DNA of 64,000 nt from the human T2T-CHM13v2.0 reference genome, Homo sapiens, in assembly GCF_009914755.1 (NCBI RefSeq), contig NC_060943.1; one strand, written 5' to 3'. The translations under genes were made by a program, and so were the position numbers. Shown here piece after piece: positions 41,060 through 55,469 of the stretch (the first letter of the stretch is position 1; every line of letters starts with the position of its first letter). A model generated the notes under the pieces. The model worked only from the letters and a program-made list of their open reading frames with translations. It did no database searches and was not told the DNA's origin.

Positions 41060-41835
41060 TTGGTTCCCTATTGCTGCTATAACAAATTACCATAAAGTGA
41101 GTGCTTTAAAAAAAAAATCCCACAAATTTGGCTGAGTGTGGTGGCTCCTGCCTGTAACCCCAGCACTTTGGGAGGCTGAAGCAGGAGAATCATTTGAGCT
41201 CAGGCCTTCAAGACCAGCCTGGGCAACATAGCAAGACCTCATCTCTACTAAAAATTATAAAATTAGCTGACTGTAGTAGTACATGCCTGATGTCTCAGCT
41301 ATTCAGGTGGCTGAGGTGGGAGGATCGCTTGAGCAAGGGAGATGGAGGCTGCAGTGAGCTATGATTGCACCATTGTACTCCAGACTGGGTGACAGAGCAA
41401 GATCCTGTCTCACACACAGACGTACAATTTATTGTCTTATAGTTCTGGATGTCAGAAGCCTAATATAGATCTGCAATGCTGTGATTGTTCTTCAATCTTG
41501 AGGAAAGAATTTGTTTTCTAACCCTTCCTTGGTTGCAGAGATTGCATCTCTCCTTGCCACATGGTCCACTTCCTCCACCTTCAATGTCAGTTGCAGATCA
41601 TCTTACATCTTTATCTCTGTCCTGATGTTTTCACCATATCACCAACTACTAAGTGACTCTAACTCCACCTGCATCTTTCTTATACTGACCCTTGTGATGA
41701 TATCACCTTTATAAGAAAAACCAGGACAAAATCTCATCTCAAGATCCTTAACTAGATGACATTTGTGAACCCTCTTTTGACACATAAAGTAACCCAGATC
41801 ATGTTGATGAGGACATGGACATCATTTGGGAGAAC
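41060..41835 (+). mobile_element. MaLR MLT1-like LTR with Alu insertion
   Basis: ttgctgctataacaaattaccata...agttctgga...cagaag...atctcaagatccttaact...acatggacatcatttggg. Confidence 0.65.
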
Positions 41836-42594
41836 ATTATTCATCCTATTATAACTAATATATTCTGTTAATGGCTATACTATTTTATCCTCCTTTCTGG
41901 TCTCTTACATTTGTTTTTATTTCTTTATTTCACTGGGTACAATTTCTAATGGTATGGCAAAAAGAGTGGACATACTTGTTTCATTCTCAACCTCTGCGTT
42001 GAAGCATTCAGTTTTGTTTTTTGTTTTTCTTTTTGTTTTAACACTAATAGTGACATTTTCCCTAAGGTATGTAGGTGTTCTTCAGGAAGATGAAAAAGTT
42101 TTGCTCTATTATCAGTTTTGAAAGTCAGACCATAGACAAGTGTTGAATTTTGTTGTGTTTTTTTCTGCCTCTATTGATAGAGTCCTATGATTTTTTAAAT
42201 CTTTTTATCATGTTAATATCGTGGATTACATTGATCAAATTTTATTTTTTTCTTCTCATAACGCAGTGTAGTAGACAGAACACTGATTGAATTTTAAATG
42301 ATTAAACAGCCTTCCATCCTCAAATAAACCCCATTAAATCATGGAGTACAAATCTTTTTATATATTGTTGATTTCTATTGCTAATATTTTCTTAAGAATT
42401 TTGCGATTTTTTTCATGTGAAATTTAGTTTTTAGACTTTTTTTTTTTCTAATTCCTTTGCCTACTTTTGGCAAACCATAATAATGATTTCATAAATTAAG
42501 TTGGGAAGTAGTCCCTCCTCTTCTGCCTTCTGGGACAAATTGTATATAATTGCTGTTAATACTTCTTTACAGGTTTAATAGAATTGTTTAGGGT

Positions 42595-43130
<536 letters not shown>

Positions 43131-43906
43131 AATTGTCTAGTGTTACCATCTGTGCCTGAAAATTGCATTATTTGGGCATTATTTGGGAGAATGTTTTATA
43201 TAATCAGGTAAGAACACAACGTGAGCTCTAGTCTCTTAACTTTTTAAGTGTACAATTCAGTAGTGTTATTCAACCTTAAAATCATTCTTTTAACATTTTC
43301 AATGGTATTTATTTGTATGGTACATGTGATATTTTGATACATACATAAAATAGATAATGATCAAATCAGGATAATTTAAATATCCATCACCTCAAACATT
43401 TATTTCTTTCTCTTGACGACCTTTCAACTCTTCTAGCTACTTTGAAATATACAATAAATTATTGTTCACTATAGTCACCCTACTATGTTACTGGAGATGA
43501 CGACTTATTCCTTCTGGTTTTTTTTGGTACCCATTAACCTACTTCTTTTCATGCCTGTGCTAACCTCCCCACTCTCTGGTAATGAGCATTCTACTCTCTA
43601 CCTCCATGAGATTAACTTTTTTAGCTCCCACATACGAGTGAGAGTATGAGATAATTGTCTTTTCTGTACCTGGTTTATTTTATTTAACATAATGACCTCC
43701 ACTTTGACCCATGTTGCTGCCGCAAATGACAAGATTTTATTCTTTTTAAAGGATGAACAGTATACCATTGTCTATATATACATTTTCTTTATCCATTTGT
43801 TCGTGATGAAAATGTAAGTTGATCCCATATCTTGGCTATTGAGAACAGTGCTACAGTAAACATGGGTGTGCAGATATCACTTTGATATCCAGATTTCCAT
43901 CCTCAT

Positions 43907-43939
<33 letters not shown>

Positions 43940-44292
43940 TTCCAGCAGTGGAATTGCTGGATCATATGGTAGTTCTGTTTGTAGTTTATTAAGGAACATC
44001 CATACTATTTTCCATAATGGCTATACTAATTTGCATTCTCACCAACCAGTGTACTAGCATTTTCTTCCTTTGCATATTCACCAGCATTTGTTATTTTTTT
44101 TGTATTTTTGATGATAGCCATTCTAACTGAGATGACATTATATCTCACTGTGGTTTTGATTTGCATTTACCTGATGATTAGTGATGTTGAGCATTTTTTC
44201 ATAGGCCTGTTGGTCGTTTGTATGTCTCCTTTTGAGAAATGTCTTTTCAGATAGTTGGTCCATTTTTTAATTGGCTTTAAAAATTTGTTTGT

Positions 44293-44583
44293 GGCCAGGT
44301 GTGGTGGCTCACACCTGTAATCCCAGCACTTTGGGAGGCTGAAGCAGGTGGATCACGAGGTCAGGAGTTGAAGCCTAGCCTGGCCAAGGTGGTGAAACGC
44401 TGTCTCTACTAAAAATACAAAAGTTAGCCAGGCGTGGTGGTGTGTGCTTGTAATCCCAGCTACTTGGGAGGCTGAGGCATGAGAATTGCTTGAACCCGGG
44501 AAGGCAGACGTTGCAGTGAGCCAAGATCGCACCACTGCACTCCAGCCTGGGCTACAGAGTGAGACTCCGTCTAAAAAAAAAAA
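44293..44583 (+). mobile_element. Alu
   Basis: Alu consensus match. Confidence 0.88.
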
Positions 44584-45220
44584 TTGCTATCGTGATGTTT
44601 GAGTTTCTTATATATTCAACTTATTAATTCCTTGTCAAAAGGATAGACTGTAAATATTTTCTCTAATTCTGTCACTTGTCTCTTCACTATGTTGACTGTT
44701 TCCTGTGCTGTGCAGAATCTTTTTAGTTTAATATAATCCAATTTGTCTATTTTTGCCCTTGTTGCCTGTGTTTTTGAGGTCTTACCTAAAAAATCTTTGC
44801 CCAGATCAATGCCCTGAAGAGTTTTCCTATTGTTTTCTTATAGTTTTATAGTTTCAGATCTTCCATTTATGTCAAACCATTCTGATTTTATTTTTGTGTA
44901 TGGTGAGAAATAGGGGTCTAGTTTTATTTTTCTGCATATGGAGATCCAGTTTTCCAGCACCATTTATTGAAGACTGTCTTTTTTCCCAATGTATATTCTT
45001 TGTCAAAAATCAGCTGGCTGCAAAGATGTGGGTTTCTTTGTTCTCTATTCTGTTCTGTTGCTCTATGTGTCTATTTTTATCCCAGTAGCAAGCTGTTTTG
45101 GATACCATTACTTTCTAGTATATTTTGAAATCAGGTAGTGTAATACCCCTCAGTTTGGTTCTTTTTGCTCAGAATTGCTTTGGCTTTTTTGGATCTTCCG
45201 TAGTTCCCTATGAATTTTAG

Positions 45221-45536
<316 letters not shown>

Positions 45537-45749
45537 GTAGGATTCATTTTTTTCTATTTCTGTGAATAATGTCTTTTGATATTTTGAAAGAGAATGTGTT
45601 GAATATGTACATTGCGTTTGGTAGTATGATCATATACACAATATTAATTTTTCCCACCCATAAAGATGGGTAGCCTTTACTTTTTTGTGTAACCTTTCCA
45701 CTTCTTTCATCACTGTTTATAATTTTCTACCCATAGATTTTTCACTTCT

Positions 45750-46847
45750 GGCCTGGGACGCGCGCGTCTTCAGGGTGGAAGCCTGGCGCGCGTCCGGAGG
45801 TGCCGAGGAGCCAACCGGCCCAAACTTTGTGGGAAATGACTCCCCTCTGCCCTCGCCCCTCGCTCTGCTACCATTTCCTTCCGTTTCTGCTTCGCTTGGC
45901 GATGCAAAACGCGCGAGGCTCACGGCAGAGGGCCGAGGCCACGGGACTCTCAGGGCCGGGCCCGCCCCTCGGCCGCGCAGTGCGGCGCCGCACGCCCCGG
46001 ACGCTGTCCAGCGTTGGCCGCCTGAGCAGAGGCTGCCGCGGAGCTAAGACACCCGCCGTTTCACCCAGCCAGCGGGCCCAGCCCGCGGAGGAGGGCGGCA
46101 TGCAGCTCCGCGTTGCCTGGCTCTCCGGGCACGCGGGCTACGATCTGTACAGTGCCTGTGATTACACACCACCACCTATGGAGAAGGCTCTTGTGAAAAC
46201 GGACATTCAGACAGCGCTTCCTTCTGGATGTTACGGAGAGTAGCTCCAAGGTCTGGCTTGGCTGCAAAACACTTTGTTGATGTAGGAGCTGGTATCACAG
46301 ATGAAGATTATAGAGGAAATGTTGGTGTTGTACTCTTTAATTTTTGCAAAGAAAAGTTTGAAGTCAAAAAAAGGTGATCGAATTGCACAGCTCATTTGTG
46401 AACGGATTTTTTAATCCAGAAATAGAAGAAGTTCAAGCTTTGGATGACACCAAAAGGGGATCAGGAGGTTTTGGCTCTACCGGAAAGAATTAAAATTTAT
46501 GCCAAGAACAGAAAACGAGAAGTCATACCTTTTTCTTAAAAACAAAGAGTTTTTGCTTAAAGTGTTTTGGTGTTTTACACTTCTGTAAACTTACTAGCTT
46601 TACCTTCTAAAAGTACTGCATTTTTTTTTTATGATCAAAGAAGAGATCATTTAAAAAAAGCATTTCTTTGTGTTTGGATCACAAAGAAACTTTGTTTTTC
46701 TGCAGTTGATGGTTATTTGTAAATCTACTTTGTGGTGACCTGATGTAAACAGTGTCTTCTTAAATGTACATCAATTACAGATTAAAAAAAAAATCCTGTA
46801 TTATTTAACTCAAGAAATGATACCCCTTCAGCAACTTAAAAAAAAAA
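45750..46847 (+). pseudogene. DUT: DUT (dUTPase, mitochondrial isoform) processed pseudogene
   Basis: ATG at 45836: [15 protein letters not shown]...GGMQLR...AGYDLYSA...ALPSGCYG, then frameshifts. Remnants continue to GSGGFGSTGKN-TAA (46491-46493), followed by 3'UTR. Intronless; 3' end approximate. Confidence 0.92.
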
Positions 46848-46884
46848 GTTTGTTTTTGTTTTGTGCGTGTGTGTGTTTTCTTTT

Positions 46885-47185
46885 TTTTTGTTTTGTTTTT
46901 TTGGAGACGGAATTTCACTCTTGTTGCCCAGGCTGGATGGCAATGGCCCGATCTCTGCTCACCGCACCTTCCAACTCCTGGGTTCAAGCAATTCTCCTGC
47001 CTCAGCCTCCCGAGTAACTGGGATTACAGGCATGCGCCACCACGCCCGGCTAATTTTGTATTTTTAGAAGACACAGGATTTCTCCATGTTGGTCAGGCTG
47101 GTCTCCAACTCCCAACCTCAGGTGATCCGCCCGCCTCGGCCTCGCAAAGTGCTGGGATTACAGGCGTGAGCCAACGTGCCTGGCC
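46885..47185 (-). mobile_element. Alu
   Basis: TSD tgtgtgtttt. Confidence 0.88.
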
Positions 47186-47949
47186 CTGTGTGTTTTATAA
47201 GAGAGACTGGGACTCACTCTGTTGCCCAGGCTAGTCTTGAACATTTAGCCTCAAGTGATCCTCCCATCTCAGCCTCCCAAAGTGCTAGGATTAGAAACAT
47301 GAGCCAACACACCCAGCCAAAAATCGTCTTTTCTATTTACATTCAGAGTGCGTGTAAATTTGAAATTCACTCTACGTATCGAAATTATTGACATTATGAT
47401 GTCAATAAAGTTTATCGCAGAGATGTTTGAGGTTAATTCATCTGAAGTTTGGAATAGAGTAACAGGTATAAGGGAGAGCTATTTATATCTATTGTTTAAA
47501 AGTTTAAGAGTCATTTATATCTATCATCTAAAAGTTTTAGCTTTCCTTTTTAAAAGCAACATTTGGTGACCTAACTTATCCCTGGCGTTAACCCTCCATG
47601 CCCAAGGCGTTGTCCCTGGGAAATTGTCAGGAGCTGAGCACAGGGTTGATCCTCACCCTCCAGAGTGTAGGGGGAATAGAAAAGGAGAGGATTTCTACTC
47701 TGTTCTGTGGGACGACAGCATCAAATTGCATGTTCCGCCCAGGCAGGGCTTTGCATTTCATATTCTAGTTCGCTTCCTCTCCCAGACAATTCCAGGGCTT
47801 TTAAATTAAAATACTAAAATTAACTTTAATTGCAGGAACTATCTTAGGTCCAATCACTGTCCCCTACTTTGACCCTCTCATAGAGATCCCAGGTCCCAGA
47901 CTGCTTGGCTGCTGGTCACCGATAGGGTCTTTCCTCAAAAACCTGGAGA

Positions 47950-48158
47950 ACAGACGCGCCCAGAGACAGGCCGAAGGCAGCGCAGACCCCGCCCCTCACC
48001 GCCCCACCCTCTCTTCTCTCGGGTCTCGCCCATCCCTGGCCTCAGCTGCGCGCGGTTTCCTGGAAACCCGGAAGTGAATCATGGGGCGTGAACTCGCAAG
48101 CGCAGTTTCCTGAAGACCCGGAAGCCGATCGCGTGGGGAGCCGGTCTTGGAGCAGCGG
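47950..48158 (+). promoter_or_regulatory. ZNF578: CpG promoter and non-coding exon 1 of a third KRAB-ZNF unit (probably ZNF578)
   Basis: Two tandem TTTCCTGnARACCCGGAAG ETS modules, GC boxes, donor GG|gtgagt at 48159. Paralogous to the ZNF534 promoter. The name is inferred from recalled gene order only. Confidence 0.65.
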
Positions 48159-48779
48159 GTGAGTTTCCCTTTGTCTAGATTAGATCCGCTTCCAGCGCTT
48201 CTGTACCTGGTGTTGGCGGAGGGGTTCTTAGGGATCTTAAAATCCTCCCGCCGTTCCCTCCATCCTAGGTATATTAATACGTCGCCAAGAAATTCGGAGG
48301 TTAAAATCGCTTGGAGGCTGCTGGTCCTTTCCCTGAGCTCTCTGCCTTCGGGCCACGTAGACGCTTTTCGTCCGGTTACCTGCTTAAAACCCTTTACTGA
48401 CCACTCCTTCGGTCCCGCGTCATGTAAAAGCCCTCACCCATGAGGTGTATTCACGCCCAGTGGGTCCTCCAAGCCTCGCCCTTCTGGCCTCTTGGAGCTC
48501 GGTCCCGCAGTCTCGATGCATCAGCGCCGTGTCCTCTGCCCGGCCCTGGGATTTTGGAAACCCCACCCCTCTCCTAATCCACCCCCAACCTTGTCCTCCT
48601 TGGGCTGGGCCCTTGTGTTCCCCAGGTTTCCCCTTCACAACCCACATTCCTTACCCCGCATTGAGGGAGGTGACGGGGCCTGGCTTTTGACACTCAGTGT
48701 TTTTCCGTTCCAAATTGCACCCGCTGGAAAATGTGCTCTTCCAGAGGAAAAACGATTGATTTATTCTTTCCTCCTCTGA

Positions 48780-49505
48780 AATTCAACACGGTAGTAAACA
48801 CTGAACCCAGAATACTTCACTTGTGGTCACCGAATGTGTGGGGATTTCTCCCCACTAACAAGCAGTTCTCTATCAGACATCAACTCGGTGTCCCATAATT
48901 TACCTCACTTCTGACAGCTGTACCTGGAGTAAGCATCGGATCCCACAGATTAAAGGCTCAGTCTACAAGACTTCTCCACTTCAGATGTCGGTTACAAGTC
49001 CCAGATTGGAACCTGAACTTCTAAGCTACTGGATATAAATTGAGGATTCCCATGACCCAGTCTTCAGTATTTATTAATTTGCCAGAGTAGCTCACAGAAC
49101 TCAGAAACGTTTTAGTTGGGTTTACTCATTTGTTTTAAAGGATATTACAAAGGTTGCAGATAAACAGACAGATGGAATAGCAGTTCTAGAAAATTAGTTG
49201 AATGCAGGAGAGGATTTGGGAACCATGGTGTTTATCTGGTCAGTCAGAAGTAGAGGTGAAAACTACTACTTGTGTACAGCTTCTAAGGTGAAGGGTAGTC
49301 TTGTGGGACTGAGCTTTTCACCCATGGGATCTGACACTATCTCCTTGTAGATAGTGTAAGAATTGAGTTAAATTTTAGGATTCCCAGGTGGAAGTCTGCA
49401 AGGAACTGGTCAGTGTAGGGAAAGCACACATTTTCTTGACCAGAAGTAAAGTATCCTGTGTTGAGCACGAGAGCAATGAAAACAGTTTGGTTTTTTCCTG
49501 TCTCA
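48780..49505. mobile_element. Two MER21-like LTR fragments in opposite orientation
   Basis: The agtcttgtgggactgagc...tgggatctgac motif occurs on the minus strand (~48925-48970) and the plus strand (~49297-49335). Confidence 0.6.
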
Positions 49506-49747
49506 GTGAAGGGAAGATATTTGTAACAGGCTCACTTACCTGTCTCAAGCCCCGTGCTTTCTACTCAGTATTGACTGGGAAGGATCTGTCCCTGCTCTTT
49601 GTTTTAATTTTCTTGATGTCATCTTCATCTCTTACCGTTTTTCTCTGCTGATGTGTCCTGACTCACTGTTTTCTGAATGTGGGAATGACCCACAGCTTAG
49701 TCCTCCAACCACTTTTCCTCTCTGTCCACGTCTACTGCCTTTCTATC

Positions 49748-50043
<296 letters not shown>

Positions 50044-51416
50044 ACTGCCTTTCTTTATCATTTCATCTCATGGTTTTAAACCCCACCTTTATGTCTCCAT
50101 CCCTCATAGACCTCTCTCCTAATTTCTAGAATTCTGTGTCCAGTTGTCTCCTCAACTTTCTTCTGGGACATCCAACAGGCATCTCCATATTTACGTGTCC
50201 ACTAGTGACTTCCTGAGTTCTCCGATGTATGCTCCCTTGCAGTCCTACCCATCTCAGATAAGGGTGACCCCATACTTCTGGGAGCTTAGGTGAACATATT
50301 GGCATATATTTAAAATCTAGGACATAGTTCCTTGTTTGAAAATGTTTTAGGGAATAATATAAAGAAAAAATTACATGATTGCTTAAAATGGGTGAGGAAC
50401 TAGCATTTCCAAAATTCTTTTGAGTTGAGGGAGAAAAATGTTTAAAGGCCTCCACCCTATCTGATCTGCACCCCCAGGACCTCTCTGACCTCATCCGCTA
50501 CCTGTGTCAGCCTTGCTCCCTCTGCTGTAGCTACACAGATCTCATTCCTTTTCCTGGAGCTGAGGTTGCTCCTGTCTCAGGACCTTCACCTGGGCTGTCC
50601 CTCTGCCTAGGACTCTTTAGCCCCTCAGTTGCAGGTGACAAACATCCTTCCTTTTCTAGGCCTGGGTTCTGATATCACCTTCTCAGTGAAGGTTTATGTG
50701 ACCCTTCCCCTGTCACAACCTCACCTGCTCTGGCCCATATTGCCTCCCCTAGATGTTTCTTTCTGCTCCTTTGCTGTCCACTGTCTGGATCCTGGTGACA
50801 ACAAGGACCCAAGGGGAGACCAGAGCCAGAAGATAGGGGTTGTTCTGGGCTTGCTCCCTCTGAGTTTAGCTCAACCCTGGATTCGCATTAGAATGCTGAG
50901 ACATTTTGCAAATATATCTCTTGTGCCTCCTTTCCAGAGATTCCCATGCATGTAGGTTCAAGCGCAGTGTCCCACATGATTCTAATCTGTATTCATCATT
51001 GAACATCAGGGTGCTGTGTCTTCCATTTCTGAAAGCTGATATCGGCCTGTGATCCACAGAGAGGGGAGAGGCTGTGCTCTGCATGGGGTTTGGTCAGGGC
51101 CAGATCTGTGCCCTGAAGGGGAGCTCAGTCCAGCCCAGCACCCCACAGCTGCAGCATGTATGTGGGCTTCTCCAGGTGGGGAGTAAGCTTTGAAGAACTC
51201 AAAAACTGACTTGTTCTTCCTGTAGGACTTTCTTGTCTGCATCATCCCTGGTGCTGTGGGCAGCAGAGGGCCATCTTTCCACAGGGTGAGGTCTTTCCTG
51301 TGTATGTGGTTGTGGCACAGGGAGGGGGTGTGTTGATTTTGAGCAGTAAACAGCATATTTTGAACACTCAGGATTAACTTGTTTTTTAAAAAGTTTCCTT
51401 TTTCTTTTTCTTTCAG

Positions 51417-51507
51417 GATTAGCTTCTAAAGTCTCTTTCATCTCTCCTAAGGAAGAAGCCTAGAAGAGGAGGAAGAGGAAAGAAAAGGAGTCAGGAATGC
51501 CTCTTAG
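51417..51507 (+). other. ZNF578: Exon 2 of the third unit: degenerate paralogue of the MALTQ start exon, probably 5'UTR
   Basis: Strong polypyrimidine tract with tttcag|GATT; GAGTCAGGA ATG CCT CTT AG|gtacag. Confidence 0.6.
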
Positions 51508-51564
51508 GTACAGTGATATTCTCAGTGGACTGTTGTGTGTCTCCTTCCTTTCTGAAATGCCATG

Positions 51565-52353
51565 TGTGGTGTTATGATATATATTGGTTTCCATCGACGG
51601 TTCCTGGCTTATAACCTCCATAGCCCTTGTTACAATCTTTTGTTGTAATGTTGGATGTGTTAAGCCTCAGGGGTAGGCCTCTGACCTTCTTTTGCCTTCC
51701 TTTCACTCTGATGCTCCCCAGCCTTTCTAATTGTGGGTCTTAAGACCCTCCTCCGAGAGCTTCCCACCCTGTACCCTGGGGGGAAGAATGTTGATGTCAT
51801 GAAACTTCCATAAAAACCCAAAAGGGCAAAGTTCGATGAGCTTCTGGATGGCTGAACACGTGGAGGTTCTTGGAGGTAGTAAGCCCAGGGGCGTCATGGA
51901 AGCCCTGCACTCCTTCCTCCATACCTTGCTGTAGGTGCCTCTTCGTCTGTATCCTTTGCAGTATCCTTTATAATAAACTGGTAAAGGTAAGTAAGTGCTT
52001 CCCTGAGTTCTGTGAGCCAATCTAGCAAATTAATTGAAGAGGGGGTCGTGTGAACCCCAGTTTGAAGCTGGGTGGTCATAAGTTCTGAAGGCCTGGACTT
52101 GCGACTGGTGTGTATGGAGGCAGTCTTGGAGACTGAGCCATCAACTCGTGGGATCTGACACTGTCTCCAGTCTTAATGTACACAGTAGATAGTGTTGGAA
52201 TTAAACTGGAAGATACCCAGCTAGTGTCTGCTGCTTGGTGTGTGGGGAAAGTACCCACATACATTTAGTCACAGAGGTCTTCTATGTTGATGATTGTTGT
52301 GGTGTGAGAGTAGAGGAAAAGCACAATTTGAGGAGAGCTTTTCCCTGTACACA
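51565..52353 (+). mobile_element. MER21-like solo LTR
   Basis: TG...CA bounded. Absent from the paralogous ZNF534 intron, which reads ctgaaatgccaggcattggag at ~26217-26237. Confidence 0.75.
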
Positions 52354-53020
52354 TCAGGCATTGGAGATGTCAGTCTTCTCTGAGTCTGAAGCATGCTGCC
52401 TGTGATGTTTGCTCACACTCACCCATGTCTTCCCTCAGTCCCTCTGATGTCACTTAAATTCCATCTCACAGTGACTGGTGCTGTGGAATTTGTGAAGAGG
52501 CTCCATTGGGAAGGGCTTATACCCAGACATGGATGGAGACGGGGTGTGGGCCCCATGGTGTCACTGCTCTTGGGCAGCAGGAATTGAAGGATTGTTTAAG
52601 GGCCAGGTCTGGAGGCACTGCCAGCTCTGTAGACTGGATTATGGAAGCTGCTCGTGGAAGTCTTAATGTGCACAACTGCCTGATAAAATTTGGAAGAAGA
52701 GATTAGGAAGAGGAAATCTTTTCTGCCTGATTTTATACTCCATTTGTAGTAAATGTTTAACAGCAAGAGATTCTTTAAACCATTCTAAGTACATCCATCC
52801 TATGGAGATTGTGGTATTCCTGCAGAGACTCTTGTGAAACAGATGTTTCAGGTGAAAATGGTAAGACTTGGGTAATACTTCTTCTAGGATGGGGCATTTC
52901 CTATTTTCTTAGATCTCTCAAGGTTCCCCTGTTATCCCCAGCTGCAGGGGTACCTCTCCTATCAAGAACATGTGAAATTTTGCCCTCATTAAAAAAAAAA
53001 CAACAACTTGCTACTATGTT

Positions 53021-53051
<31 letters not shown>

Positions 53052-54174
53052 AAAATCTGGGAAAAATGACAACCCTCTGTATTTTCATTTTTCAATTTAT
53101 TGTCTACATAGGTTTTATTATTTTGGGGACATGTATATACAAAATGACTTTTCATGCTTTGCTCAATTTTCTTTCCATGTATTTTAGTATGTGTTTTAAT
53201 TTCTGTGGTTTTTATTTCTTTCATATGCCCTGATGTCTTTTATTTCAGGTTATACATTTTTTAATTGTAAGACAAATCTTTCATTTATACCTTCTGATTT
53301 TTGTTGTGCCTTTGTTTGTTTCATCTTGATTTGGAAGGCCTTGCATGATTATGAAGTACTAAGTTTCATTTAGGAATAAAGTTTTGTTGTTTAAAATTTT
53401 GTTTACATTTGTGTTTAATTTGAATTTTTGCGTATATCATAAGTATTTGATTTGTTGTAAAATTACAGATGTTTGTCATAAGAGGTTCTTACATATTTGG
53501 AAAACCCCTCCATTTTGTTTTTCTTTTCAAAATTATGATGGTTCTCCTTTCACAGGGCACAGTCATTAAAAACTCATATATTTCTTTTGTGTTTGAATGG
53601 CTGTGGATTCCTAGTCAGAGAGGTCTTTGTGTCACCACATCTGCTAATAAGAATTGGGTTTTCCGGTCCATGATGCTCTTTGTTATGTCTTTTAGTAAAG
53701 TTTATTTGCCTGTTTATAGTTCAGTAATGTTAAGTATGTTCACGTTACTGTGCAACATATCTAGAAGTTTTTCATCTCGCAAAACTGAAACTGTATACCC
53801 AGAATACACTATATCCCTTCTGACCTCACTATAGCCTCTGTCAACCCATCTTTCTATGTTGTTTATATGCATTTGACTACTTTAGTATCCCACGTGAGTG
53901 GAATCACATAGTATTTGTCCTTTTGTGACTGTCTTATTTTCCCTAGTGTAATGTCCTCAAGGTTCATCCGTGTTGTAGCATATGACAGGATTTTCTCCTT
54001 TTATAAAGCTGAATAATATTCCATTGCATGTGTATAACACATTTTCTTTATCCATTCATCTGTAGATAGGCATGTTGGTTTTTCTGTCTTCTTGGCTATT
54101 GTATATAATGCTGTGATGAGCAGGGATTTGCAAATATCTCTTTGAGGGCCTGCTTTCAAGTCTTTAATGTGTAT

Positions 54175-54637
<463 letters not shown>

Positions 54638-55469
54638 CAGATGTATATTTTCAAATATGTACGTGTGTGTGTATATACACACACAAATATATATACGTGT
54701 GTGTATGTATATAGATGTATAAAATATCTACACACACCCATGCCCAGGAGTGGGATTGCTGGATTATATGGTAGTACTGTTTTTAATATTTTGAGGAACC
54801 CCCTTACTGACCTCAGTAATGGGTATACCATTTTACATTCTCACCAACTGTCCACAAATGTTCCAGTTTCTCAGCATCCTCTCCAACACTTTTTTTTTTT
54901 TATTGATGATGGCCATCCTAATGGGTGTGAGGTGATACCTCATTGTAATGTTGATTGGCATTTGTGTTATATTTGGTGGTGATGAGCATCTTATCATGTG
55001 CTTGTTGGCCATATTGTCATCTTCTTTAGAATAACATCTGTTCAGTTCCTTTGCCCATTCATTAATTGGGTTATTTATTTTTGGTGTTGAGTTGTAGAAG
55101 TTACTTGATAATCTATTAATGCCTATCAGATATGTGATTTGCAACTCTTCTCCCATTCCGTAGGTTTGCCTTTTCCTTCTTTTGATCGATTCCTTTGAAG
55201 TGCAAAAACTTTAAGTTGGATGTAGATCCTTTAGTGTTTTGCTTTTCTTGCGTGTGCTTTTGGTATTATATCCAGTAAATCCTTTCCAAAATCAGTGTCG
55301 TAAGGTTTTCTTCTATCCTAGTTTGTTACGTGTATTAATCTGGAAATGGTGTTGAATTGTTCCTAATGCTTTTTTTGCATCAATTGAGATGATGGCATGG
55401 TTTTTGTTCTGAATTATATTAATAGTAGTGATATAGTTTTTGTTGGGGACCAGCCTCAACACCACCCAT

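Noticed and set aside
45800-46493. DUT copy as a functional stand-alone dUTPase
   Set aside because: A frameshift before motif 2, further indels and an in-frame deletion next to motif 1.
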